A stretch of 64,000 nt of DNA from Candidatus Eiseniibacteriota bacterium (GTDB lineage Bacteria > Eisenbacteria > RBG-16-71-46): positions 3,712,001-3,776,000 of the forward strand of contig OY970342.1 of assembly GCA_963717505.1 (NCBI GenBank), in the 5' to 3' direction. The translations under genes and the position numbers were made by a program. Positions 31,001 to 39,124 of this stretch are shown here, piece by piece; position 1 is the first letter of the stretch, and each line of letters opens with the position of its first letter. Under the pieces are notes generated by a model. The model saw nothing but the letters and a program-made list of their open reading frames with translations. It searched no databases and was not told where the DNA came from.

Positions 31001-31223
31001 CGTGAAACCCGTCGTCGTCGTGGAGCGCGACCCGAACCAGGAAGGTGTCGCTCGGCGCGAGCTGAATCGCCGTCGTTCCGGAGCGGGTGAAGACCCGGAC
31101 CGAATCGATGACGGCGTTCGCGGCCGAGGCCGGTCGAACGGCAAGCACGCACAGGACCGCGGCCCCCAAAGAGACCACGGTCCAGCAACGGAGCGCCTGC
31201 AGGCGCCCCGGTGGGAGCAGCAC
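25020..31223 (-). CDS. Giant (2067 aa) secreted surface protein: Ig-like (Big_2) domain, tandem beta-sandwich repeats, C-terminal FlgD-Ig/T9SS-like tail
   Basis: Signal peptide; LTVSPANATVALGDTVQLSASGRD (Big_2); internal repeats with NGYA.DVL and LW.DDGDG; tail NFPNPF...WDGRNGRG..VTNGVY. Confidence 0.88.
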   Translation of the reverse strand: MLLPPGRLQALRCWTVVSLGAAVLCVLAVRPASAANAVIDSVRVFTRSGTTAIQLAPSDTFLVRVALHDDDGFHDITDVEVRLQYGDLASGPSGPAFRGVYRFTRAPQHAWALEEPAGSSWRIDPALCSPDTIPNDTSVHGLTFAIAPGQIARASSSGEWNLRVRVNTALESLPIDAVVANQDMEPSFVLVVADTAAHFAPGEPGPMPLPLADPASGTIVVGVQSNEWSRLRLQGQDMIGVQTPDVFPVGAPQDLVTWRASTGDSGLLRTAFTTVVDSVPPNLAETPQSYGLTLWTRIPTGLPPQQYRGALDVRLHDPGSGPPVDVILPMTATVVSTVAAQSATAEILPPTVSAGTSAQPFVVYLEPVFALGNTGINRIRIPLPAGYGTPAILQFRVGTVEPPFVDNSGPNSMMINFDPVAVPERIMVVFGVSVPTVADTAGSELTVFFDDSSTPGTPEQVATEGDANGAADGDSWRVRVVPGPLADLTVSPANATVALGDTVQLSASGRDDFGNPLNVAPGWRVEGGIGTVDGAGRFTATGVGFGFVIAQLGAFSDTARITVIPPPDAIVITSASQLPQSLIPGAGSQEVLNLQIRNPSAEPETLTALQLENRAAGPGSPAELDQDWTPLALIVQRGGGVPAQQVASGSFTSGTAAFTGLEVVLDAGETIAFGVHAGASLAARDGDLLDLRIADLAAVVGTAPIDANWPIDPPGTFAVDGMSAAQIGLMPVAAANLPIGARRRLALAFRLPQNGYAADVLVRLNVVNLGTATPVDDLDAVELWSDDGDGTFAAANDTRLGTLYFTGNRWEITGLAHPVGAGGAVMFVTVDVAATAAEGRTIRLALPSATDLGVGMSSGNSGPVDAQVENPFDQMTSAQDRITLSGRPLAPSAVWPNALDVRLLELVVGNTYLFDRALTGLTVTNRTVGPGSVAERDGEFRRVELRADGNGDGVLGDLATDPLLATSSFSGGRAVFTGVAWNLPAGNARVLFVTGDASPTGAADGDSLSAYLANAADISFDSLSSVAATFPVTSRSRWAVDGMIAEQVTNLGAPGVTLGPGDGPVRALDIVIPRNGYANDVLRGVRFVNSGTATPSDVAELRLWRDDGDGLFEPVGDLDLGPLTPLAGVWQSPLLAEPMNGVGARLFVGVTVSGSPADSATLKLEIPVNGIVTESGNQGPLDGSVSNPEPLLLSSAPLLATLMLDRDATTVGALVTVQMQVRNIGSERINGLSPSVLAMAGDGASTYLTGPVPAAADLDPGQTTTFSWSYQSAIPGNVRWSGNAAGTGATSGLLRRALNVQSGLHHVYVQAESLACFAIQSMPFTVNQGQSDVVPLTLTLSNESDLASSAVRFRGLRVRLESGAGGGVVPADVIARVVVQEGSDVYLSRTNLETTGSVMDLTFANPVTVLQDQPVTLGLRFDVAPGAIVPSFRMIVDDSTNFSAEDATSGAPVDVQLRDQSYPIRTGLARIVSAASELRLASADTASVRSSPGLTRAPVLRLRLENPGIVGLTSDVRLGGLDVVLVDDAGQTVAAPDAWLSRLRVEGPFGAVADRSVTSAEDSVVTLVFSPMVTVPLNAPLDLNFLAEIAPAAVPGSFRLVIRDTAAVDARDANTGERVTVRLAVDPLVGPTVTIQQPASGLRVAGSPAFPPVVSVGRPGLMAFTARWRHPGSAGTAPVRFDRLVFEVQDAARAPLPPSTYIDVLRIRWNGSVIASVSDPPATGGIPVDLGGWILLAGALDSMAVELDLEPTAPLGFLELMLPASGIVAVDDNSGQPLIPTAENGASLPLSSGLARLEPPARTLVADLQSLVPAVLPADGSTVVLARVALTNAAVPGSGTIAVQSLRFGGGDGDFAPQAVGAFASAIEAYNGGVLWASSAPLTADSAGVSLVAATPLDLDPGVPVTLEIRMTTRAAGAPGSFRLSLDAAGVGVVQPSSALLTVAVVPVSGRAFPEWTDLASYSGGTLAASYGNFPNPFAAGRSATSFVFYLPASGHVDLTIWTPRGERVARLLENASLSSGLHQDLAWDGRNGRGAVVTNGVYVAELVARLDDGTSERLLRKVMVVR

Positions 31224-31388
31224 GCGAAACCCCCTTCCCTGGGGTCTGGGTGGACGCAGGATGTAATGGACTTCTGGGGGGTTTTCGGCTGGACGCCCGG
31301 AGGACTTGATGGGCTGGGGCTGCGGGATCCGGCCCGGGAACCGGACTTGGGGCGGATTGCCCTATGCTGCCCCCGAGAGGAGATCGAG

Positions 31389-32705
31389 ATGACCCACCCC
31401 AAACGTCTTGCCATCCTGGTCGGCGGCGGCCCGGCCCCCGGCATCAACAGCGTGATCGGGGCCGCGACCATCCGCGCCGTGCTCGACGGTGTCGAGGTTC
31501 TCGGCATCGACGACGGCTTCGAGTGGATCATGCACGGCAACGTGGATCACGTGCGGCCCCTGACTATTCCGCTCGTTTCGCGGATCCACTTCCGTGGCGG
31601 CTCGCACATCGGGATCTCGCGCGCGAATCCGACCACCGACCCCGAGTTCCTGGAGAACACGATCATCTCCCTGCTCCGGCTCAACGTCGAGCACCTGATC
31701 ACGATCGGCGGCGACGACACGCTCTATTCGGCGCGTCGGCTCGAGGAACAGGCGAGCGGACGCATCCGCGTGGTTCACGTGCCCAAGTCGATCGACAATG
31801 ACCTCGATCTGCCGCCGTTCGTGGACACGTTCGGGTTCCAGACCGCGCGCCACGAGGGCGTGGAGATCCTCAAGAATCTCATGGTGGATGCGCGGACCAC
31901 GTCGCGCTGGTACTTCGTGATTGCCATGGGCCGCAAGGCCGGGCACCTGGCACTCGGGATCGGCAAGGCCGGCGGCACGACCGTCACCCTGATTCCCGAG
32001 GAGTTCTCCCAGCGTCCGATCCGCCTGCACACGCTGGTCGACACGCTGGTCGGCTCGATCATCAAGCGCCTGAACGACGATCGGCGCGACGGTGTCGCAG
32101 TCATCGCCGAGGGCGTCGTCCTCGAACTCGACCCTGGAGATCTGGCGCGCGTCGAGGAGGCCGAGCACGATGCGCACGGCAACCTGCGCATCGCGGAGGT
32201 CAACATCGGGGAGATCCTCAAGCACGCCGTGCAGGAGCGCCTGCGCGAATTCGGCATCGACGCGACCATCGTCGCCAAGAACATCGGCTACGAGCTGCGC
32301 TGCGCCGATCCGATTCCCTACGACATGGAGTACACGCGTGACCTCGGCTATTGCGCCGCCAAGGCTCTGCTCTCCGGCATCCATGGCGTCACCATCACCA
32401 TGCAGGCCGGGCGCTTCGTCCCGATTCCGTTCTCCACGATGATGAGCCCCGGCGGGCGGCCGCGAATCCGGATGGTGGACATCCATTCGACCCGCTATGC
32501 CATCGCGCGCCGTTACATGATCCGACTGCGCCGGGACGATTTCGACGACCCACACGAGCTGGCCAAGTTCGCGGCCACGGTGCGGATGTCACTCGAGGAG
32601 TTCCGGGAGCGCTTCGCCTACCTGATCGAGGACGAGCCACCCGGGCTCGTGCTCGACGAAGCGGCGGCGGCCGGATCGGCCGCCGCCCAAAACGCCGGCT
32701 CGTAG
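31389..32705 (+). CDS. pfp: Pyrophosphate-dependent phosphofructokinase
   Basis: GGGPAPGINSVI, TIGGDDT (Asp typical of PPi-dependent enzymes), PKSIDNDL, MGRKAG, GYELRC; start re-assigned to ATG 31389 after GAGGAG. Confidence 0.92.
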   Translation: MTHPKRLAILVGGGPAPGINSVIGAATIRAVLDGVEVLGIDDGFEWIMHGNVDHVRPLTIPLVSRIHFRGGSHIGISRANPTTDPEFLENTIISLLRLNVEHLITIGGDDTLYSARRLEEQASGRIRVVHVPKSIDNDLDLPPFVDTFGFQTARHEGVEILKNLMVDARTTSRWYFVIAMGRKAGHLALGIGKAGGTTVTLIPEEFSQRPIRLHTLVDTLVGSIIKRLNDDRRDGVAVIAEGVVLELDPGDLARVEEAEHDAHGNLRIAEVNIGEILKHAVQERLREFGIDATIVAKNIGYELRCADPIPYDMEYTRDLGYCAAKALLSGIHGVTITMQAGRFVPIPFSTMMSPGGRPRIRMVDIHSTRYAIARRYMIRLRRDDFDDPHELAKFAATVRMSLEEFRERFAYLIEDEPPGLVLDEAAAAGSAAAQNAGS

Positions 32706-32715
32706 CGCGTGACCG

Positions 32716-34539
32716 CTACTTGCCCGCTGACTTGAGTTCGCCGGGAACGAACTGCTCACGCACCGCCTGCCGGAGCAGATTCGGCGGCAGCATGCCTTGG
32801 GCCAGGATGAAGTCGTGGTAGCGCTGGCGATCGAAGCGCCCATGAAGCGCCCGTTCGGTCTCGGCGCGCAGCTCCATCAGCCGCTGGTAGCCGCAGAAGT
32901 ACGAGGTCGCCTGACCGGGAGAGCGGAACGTGTAGCGCTCGACTTCCTGGGTCGCCATCGCCGTCGACAGCACCACGTCCTCCTGGAGCACCGCCATCGC
33001 CTGTTCCTTGGTGATGGTTCCGGCCTGGAGTCCGGGATCCAGGTAGGCGCGCGCCGCGCGCAGCAACCGGTGCTGGAGCGCGATCAACTGGCCGTCCAAC
33101 GGCTCGAACGGCTTGGCCTCGGCTTCGGCGTACAGTGCCCAGCCTTCGACATTGACGCTGTTCATGGCGAACAACGCACGGGCGATCGAGACGCCGCCTT
33201 CGACCACGGCGGCGAACTGCAGTTCGTGGCCGGGACGGCCTTCATGCGCGGTCAGCGTCCAGGATGCAGCCTCGAACGTGAAGTCGTCGAACGCGAGTTG
33301 CCCCTGGGCGCTCGGCATCTTGAGCGGCAGGACGAACGTCCCTTTCTCGCCGGTGTTGCCGATCATCCGCGGGGGACGCATGTTGGGCGCCGGAATCTGC
33401 GCGCTCTCGGCTTCGCTCGCCAGGCGGATCTGCATCGGCCGCTCGGGCAGGGTGACGATGCCCTGCTCGCGAATGATCTTCTCCAGGTCCTTGATCCGTG
33501 ATTCGTAGTGCGGAAGGATCGCCTCGCCGACGATCTGCTTCTTCTTGAGCTCGCGGATCACGCTGCGATAGTCGGTCTGCGACAGGCCGTACTGCTTCGC
33601 GACCATCGGCGCCAGGGCCTGCATCTCGTTCTGGATCTCGCGGAACGCGACCTGCGCCCGACCCACCAGCTCGTCCACCGGCATGTCGACGCCGTAACCG
33701 CGCAGTCCGTACGCGTAGAGCGCGGGTGGCTGGCGGAAGTCGTCGCGCGCCCGCGGCAGAATCTCGGCCCGCACGAACTTCTCGTACTCGTCGAGCTGCT
33801 TCTTGAGCTCGGCGTAGGGCTTCTCCCAGCCCTTGATCTTGTACTGGGTGAACAGGTCGGCGATGCCCTTGGTCATGGTCGCGGCGTTGCCGAGATCACG
33901 CTCGACCTCGGCGCGCACCGGCCCGAGTAGTTTGGCGTCGTTTAGCTTCTCGCGGGTGCGGTCCTGGGCGAGCTTGGCGATCGGCTCGTAGCCCTTCTCG
34001 AGCCCGGCGTAACGCTGGAGCCGCTTGAGGGCCGCCGGACGGCGCGCCTCGGCCACTTGCTCGTCGAGCAAGGCGCGGATGCCCTGAAATACCGTGCCGT
34101 GGACGTCGAAGTACGGGAGCATCAGCTTCTCCGAAAGCTCCTGACCTTCGAGGTGCTGCCGCGACTGCTCGATCATGATGTCGAGATCCTGCTTGACCGC
34201 CGCGTTCGACTCGGCCGCTCGCGCCACCTCGAGTTTGGTGGCGGCCTCGGTGACCGCGGCCCGGGCGCGATCGAGCACGCCGGGCTTCAAGTCCATGATC
34301 TGCTCGTCGAGTCCGGGCACCCCCATGCGTCCCGCGCCCTCGGGCGCGAACTTGGCGAACAGCTCGAGCAGGACCTGAGCGTTCTGATTGCTCTTCGCGA
34401 CCCACTCGGCCGGCGCTTGCGCCGGCGTGGCAGGCTTCGCGGGCTGGCCGAGTGCGGAGGTCGCGATCACGAGCACTCCCCACACGCTGGCGATCGCGGC
34501 GAACCGGGCAAATGGGAATCGGGGTCGACGGCGTGGCAT
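32716..34539 (-). CDS. DUF885 family exported metallopeptidase-like protein
   Basis: Signal peptide; HEGRPGHELQ, EGWALYAE, EVERY..PGQATSY..G motifs; AGGAGG RBS before ATG 34539. Confidence 0.9.
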   Translation of the reverse strand: MPRRRPRFPFARFAAIASVWGVLVIATSALGQPAKPATPAQAPAEWVAKSNQNAQVLLELFAKFAPEGAGRMGVPGLDEQIMDLKPGVLDRARAAVTEAATKLEVARAAESNAAVKQDLDIMIEQSRQHLEGQELSEKLMLPYFDVHGTVFQGIRALLDEQVAEARRPAALKRLQRYAGLEKGYEPIAKLAQDRTREKLNDAKLLGPVRAEVERDLGNAATMTKGIADLFTQYKIKGWEKPYAELKKQLDEYEKFVRAEILPRARDDFRQPPALYAYGLRGYGVDMPVDELVGRAQVAFREIQNEMQALAPMVAKQYGLSQTDYRSVIRELKKKQIVGEAILPHYESRIKDLEKIIREQGIVTLPERPMQIRLASEAESAQIPAPNMRPPRMIGNTGEKGTFVLPLKMPSAQGQLAFDDFTFEAASWTLTAHEGRPGHELQFAAVVEGGVSIARALFAMNSVNVEGWALYAEAEAKPFEPLDGQLIALQHRLLRAARAYLDPGLQAGTITKEQAMAVLQEDVVLSTAMATQEVERYTFRSPGQATSYFCGYQRLMELRAETERALHGRFDRQRYHDFILAQGMLPPNLLRQAVREQFVPGELKSAGK

Positions 34540-34730
34540 GGCGCCTCCTGGAAAGGGTTCTCTCTTCTCTAAATGAGTAACGGTGAGCGGCCAGCGTGCC
34601 CGCAAGATACGCGGTCGGCGCTCGACGGTTTCAGGACAATCCGCCCGGCGCGGCCAGAATCGTCGACCAACGCACCTCGGGGCCGCGGGCCTAACTCATG
34701 GCACAAAGCGACTTGGGGTCGCAGCCTCGC

Positions 34731-37700
34731 CTAGGGGATGAATACGACCCGCGCGTTGCGCGAATCACTGCCACGGCTCAGTCGCACCAAGTAGAGCCCG
34801 GCCTCGAGTCTCCGATCACCCTCGAGTTGGACGACATGTTCACCCGGCGCCATTCCCTCGAGCGCACGCGACAGGATCCGACGACCGGCGAGATCGAACA
34901 GCTCGAGAAGCGCGGGATCACGACGGTCGAGACCGAATGCAATCTGTACGCTGCCGCGCGCAGGATGAGGCCGAGCTCCGGCCAGGTGGAAGCGGAACGT
35001 CGTCGGCACCTGCACCGACGTCTCCCCCCAGTGCGTGACACCCGACGATGTGCTCACGGCCAACCGATACGTGTAGCGGGCACCCGGCTCGACCTGGACG
35101 TCCTGATACCGCAGATGGCCGGTGCCGTCGGGAACCAGCGTCGCCAGCTCGCGCCAGGACTCGGAATCGCTTCGTCGCTCGAGGATCGCTCGAAGGTCAG
35201 TCGTCTGCGCCGCGAACCAATCGAGCGACACTCGACCCGGCTCGGCGCTCGCGCTGACCAGTGCCAGCAGCGCGGCGGTGGGCCGATCGATTCCCGGCGA
35301 ATACAGGCGGCTCCCGGTGCGCGCGAAATTGGCCCGAGGCGTCGGCCAGTGCGCCCCCTTGCCCCATGATCCCGGCGCCTCCTGGTACACGAAGACGCCC
35401 GGCAGATCGGGCGGGGTCCCGAGGATCTCGGTGCGACCGTCACCGTCGAAGTCCCACAGCGTCGCGTGCATGCCGGCGGCACCGGGCTTGGGGAACCCGC
35501 CGATGATCGTCGCACTCGAATCCACCGCCACGAAACCCGGGCCCTGCATCTGCCACAGGATCTCGGGAGCCGGATTGCCCCCGAGCGGACCGATGATCGG
35601 TGTCGAGTAGGGAACTCCGGAGTAGAGCTTGGGCCACGTGCCGAAGTCCGCGTGGACCAATCGGTCGTCGTAAACGCTGAGCTGCGGCGGACCCCAGCGG
35701 GGAACGACGATCTCGTCGTGACCATCGCCATTCAGATCTCCGGCGACCACTTCACCGAATGTCTGCGGCAGGTCGAAGCGCGCATGGCGGATGGTGCCGT
35801 CGACGTTGAGGATCTGAGTCTGGGTGCCACCGGCCACGATGATCGCCGGCCCGGGTTGCTCGGCCAGCTCCGTGATCGCGGCCCCGTAAGCCACGGCGCC
35901 GATGAACACCGGCCATCCGGCCATGGTGATCCCGTTTCCGTGAATCGCGTGGACGATGCCTGTGCCCTGGACGGCGACGATCTCGACCCCCTCAATGCCA
36001 TCGAGATCCGAGAGCGACAGCACCAGGTTGTCTCCCGGCGACGAGACTGCGACCGGGAACCCGGGAAACGGTTTGCCGGCGGCGCTCCAGGCATGCACGT
36101 AACCGTCGTCTCCTCCCCAAAGCACTTCCAGCACGCCGTCCCCATCGAGATCACCGAGGCACGGCGTGGATCCGGGAACGCCGGGCGTGGCATCGACCGG
36201 CCAGCCGCTGACGATCTGCCCGAACTCGTCCAGAGCCCAGATCTGCCCTTGCTGCGTTGCGCAGAACATCACGAAGCCGATGTTCTCGCTCATGTACGCG
36301 GCGGCGATGCCGCCGATGATCGAGGACGGGAGCGCATAGGTGGTGACCAGGCGCCCCTGGCCGACGTCGACCACGGCGATCCGGCCGATCTCCAGCGGCA
36401 CCGCAGCGCAGCAGGGAGCGCCGTCGCCCGGCAGCGGCACCGCCGGCCCGCTGACCAGGTACTCACGGAGCGTGACGAACGATCCAACCGGATCGGTGAG
36501 CGCCCGGAACGCATTCAGTCGGCCGCCGCCATAGCCGGTGATTCCCGGATTGAGCGCCGAAATGTCGTCGGCGGTGTCGTGCAACCGCAGCACGGTTTCG
36601 ACCGGGTGGGGGCGCGGCTCACCGGCGGCCAGGCGCTGGGCATGCAGCAGTCCCGCGACCCCGGTCGCGAGTGCTGCCGAGAACGAGCTGCCGCTGGCGC
36701 CGGTCGTGTACGACGGCTGCCGCATTCCCAGACTGTCGACGCCGGGGCGCGTGACGGTTGCCGTGGGCAGGCTGGTGCCGGGTGCTGCGACGTCCACGAA
36801 CGTCTGCCGATTGGTGAAGCTCGGGATGCGATCTCGCGAGTCGGATGAAGTCGCGCACAAGACCTCGCTGCGAGCGGCGAGGTAGGTGAACGTGCTCGAG
36901 GCACTCCCCGCCGAGGAGACCACGGAAACGCTGGCAAAGTAGGCGGCGTCCAGGGCGGCGGCGAGATCCGGTTGATAGATGCTGGCAAACGAACAGTTGA
37001 TGATCGAGGCTCCCATTTGGACCGCGTAGTGGATCGCCTGGGCCACGAAGGTCATGTCGACCTGGCCGAGCGGCGCCGCGTTCGTGGACCAGCCGATGCG
37101 CAAGGGCATGATCGACGCCTGCCACACGGTGCCGGTGACGCCGATCGTATTGTCGGAGTGCGCGCCGATCACGCCGGCCACCGCGCTGCCGTGCCCGGCG
37201 AAGTCGTTGGGATCGGGATCGGCGTCGACCCAATCCTCACCCACGGTCACGCCGCCGTTGTTGGGGAGCGCCACGAAGTCCCAGCCGCGAACATCGTCGA
37301 TGTACCCGTTGCCATCGTCGTCGACCCCGCTCACCCCGGTCACTTCGACCGAGTTCGTCCAGAACTGACCCGGATCTCCCGGGCCCGGACCGAGGTCGGG
37401 GTGGTCGAGGAGAACGCCGGTGTCGATCAGGGCGATGATCACCGATCGATCGCCCGTAGTGACGTCCCATGCCTCGGGCGCGTGAATGTCGCGGCGATTG
37501 GATTGATAGAAGTGGAGCGAGAGCGACCACAGCGAGTCGTTCGGCACGGCCTCGACCGGCAGGATCGACGAGGCGCTGGCACTCCGGATCTCTGCGAGCG
37601 CCGCGAACGCGGCGCGCGATGGTTCGACGTCGACACCGTCGGGCAGGTGCGCGAGCCAGAACGCGGTCAGGTCGGGCTCGCGCGATCCCGGTGTCGGTGG

Positions 37701-38003
37701 TTGGGATCCCGGGAACTCGGGAACGAATCGCTCGACGCCCAGCGCTCGTGCCAGTCGGTCGATCGACGGAATTCCGAGGGCGACCGTCGATTGATCGGCG
37801 CTCCGCGACTCGGGGGCGATGGAAACGCGGACCTGGGTCGAGGCTTCGGGAGTCAGTTGGAGGACGACCACACCCGGCCGCGTCTCGGGCGGAAGGGTTC
37901 CGAGCCCCCCCGGCGAAGACGCCGCGTCGATCCCCGTGTCGGCCGCGACTGCGGCGTGGGCACCCAGCAGGAACAGGGCTGCGATCGTGGGCAGCAGGCG
38001 CAC
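34731..38003 (-). CDS. S8 subtilase with FG-GAP repeats, FN3-like domain and T9SS-like tail
   Basis: IALIDTGV, DDDGNGYIDDVRGWDF, GHGSAVAG, SGSSFSAALATG; GDLDGDG repeats; tail PHP...LFDLAGRR...GLYLVRL. Confidence 0.88.
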   Translation of the reverse strand: MRLLPTIAALFLLGAHAAVAADTGIDAASSPGGLGTLPPETRPGVVVLQLTPEASTQVRVSIAPESRSADQSTVALGIPSIDRLARALGVERFVPEFPGSQPPTPGSREPDLTAFWLAHLPDGVDVEPSRAAFAALAEIRSASASSILPVEAVPNDSLWSLSLHFYQSNRRDIHAPEAWDVTTGDRSVIIALIDTGVLLDHPDLGPGPGDPGQFWTNSVEVTGVSGVDDDGNGYIDDVRGWDFVALPNNGGVTVGEDWVDADPDPNDFAGHGSAVAGVIGAHSDNTIGVTGTVWQASIMPLRIGWSTNAAPLGQVDMTFVAQAIHYAVQMGASIINCSFASIYQPDLAAALDAAYFASVSVVSSAGSASSTFTYLAARSEVLCATSSDSRDRIPSFTNRQTFVDVAAPGTSLPTATVTRPGVDSLGMRQPSYTTGASGSSFSAALATGVAGLLHAQRLAAGEPRPHPVETVLRLHDTADDISALNPGITGYGGGRLNAFRALTDPVGSFVTLREYLVSGPAVPLPGDGAPCCAAVPLEIGRIAVVDVGQGRLVTTYALPSSIIGGIAAAYMSENIGFVMFCATQQGQIWALDEFGQIVSGWPVDATPGVPGSTPCLGDLDGDGVLEVLWGGDDGYVHAWSAAGKPFPGFPVAVSSPGDNLVLSLSDLDGIEGVEIVAVQGTGIVHAIHGNGITMAGWPVFIGAVAYGAAITELAEQPGPAIIVAGGTQTQILNVDGTIRHARFDLPQTFGEVVAGDLNGDGHDEIVVPRWGPPQLSVYDDRLVHADFGTWPKLYSGVPYSTPIIGPLGGNPAPEILWQMQGPGFVAVDSSATIIGGFPKPGAAGMHATLWDFDGDGRTEILGTPPDLPGVFVYQEAPGSWGKGAHWPTPRANFARTGSRLYSPGIDRPTAALLALVSASAEPGRVSLDWFAAQTTDLRAILERRSDSESWRELATLVPDGTGHLRYQDVQVEPGARYTYRLAVSTSSGVTHWGETSVQVPTTFRFHLAGARPHPARGSVQIAFGLDRRDPALLELFDLAGRRILSRALEGMAPGEHVVQLEGDRRLEAGLYLVRLSRGSDSRNARVVFIP

Positions 38004-38157
38004 ATGACCCTCGAAACGTTCGCGGGCACGACGCCTGCGCTGGTTTTTTCTGGTCGCGCCGGTCGTGCCCGCTCGATTGACGCTAGGCGCTCTTCACCCC
38101 ACGGTCAATCGAAAACTCGGGGTTGGGGGCCGGACTTGTGTCCCCCGGAACCGGGCA

Positions 38158-38628
38158 TCAGCCCGACGCGGCCGCCATCTTCTTCAGGATCGCGATCTGT
38201 CCCGCATGATAGAGGTCGTGCTGAACGACACCGTGCAGCAGCTGCGCTCGGGTGAACGATCCGGCGGGTGGAGTCTTTTCGATCTCGTGCGCGTCGATGC
38301 GGCCGGCCGCCGCCTCGAGCTCGCGATGCGCCTCGCGCAACCCCTGCTCTGCGGCGCGCCAGCGCGTCGCCGTCGCCTGACCGGCGTCGGGCCAGTCCTG
38401 CTCGTCGGTCGGAACGTTCTTTCGACCCTCGATCCGATCGGCGACCACGCGCTTCCAGGTCGCCATGTGCAGCACCAGCTCCCAGATCGTGTGCACCTCG
38501 GGCGACGGGCGGAACGAGGCGATCTTGGAATCGACCGACTCGAGCAGTTCGAGCACGGCTGAGCCGTGCCACGAATCTTTCACGAACGATCGCTGGAGCT
38601 GGTCGCGGATCAACTCGATCGTGGTCAC
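38158..38628 (-). CDS. DinB family protein
   Basis: GTG 38628; SWHG...HTIWELVLHM...HGVVQHDLYHAGQI DinB His triad. Confidence 0.88.
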   Translation of the reverse strand: MTTIELIRDQLQRSFVKDSWHGSAVLELLESVDSKIASFRPSPEVHTIWELVLHMATWKRVVADRIEGRKNVPTDEQDWPDAGQATATRWRAAEQGLREAHRELEAAAGRIDAHEIEKTPPAGSFTRAQLLHGVVQHDLYHAGQIAILKKMAAASG

Positions 38629-39124
38629 GGAATCCCCCGCGGAGTTGGAGCGGTGCACCGCGACGGAGAGTAGCCGAGTCCGAGGTCGCACCGTAACGGG
38701 GCGAGCGAGATCCCGGTACGGATCGAGAGGTGGGAGAAGTGCGGGCCACTTCCGGGTCTCGAGTGGCGTGAGCGCCTGAAGAGGGGCATGAGATCGCCAC
38801 CGTAATGGCCAGCAGTCGCAGCCCGCACGGCTCTTCATCGGCAAGCCGTGGGCCACGATCGAATGCACGAGGCCGCAACCGGTGCTCGTGAACCCTGCGG
38901 TTCGCTCCCGAAGCCGGAACTCGCGGTCAGGGCTTGCGTTCCGACCGCAGGGCTTGGTGCCGACGTTGCCGGCAGCGGCCGGCAGCCTCCATCCCGCGAT
39001 CGCCGAACCGGCTCGATTCCGAGACGATCTCCGCCATCTTCCCCAGCGGTCGGGCCAAAACGCGAGGCCGAGCGCGCACATGGCGCCGCCCCGTCTCCGA
39101 TGTCATTGTGCCCGTGTGTTGCGA

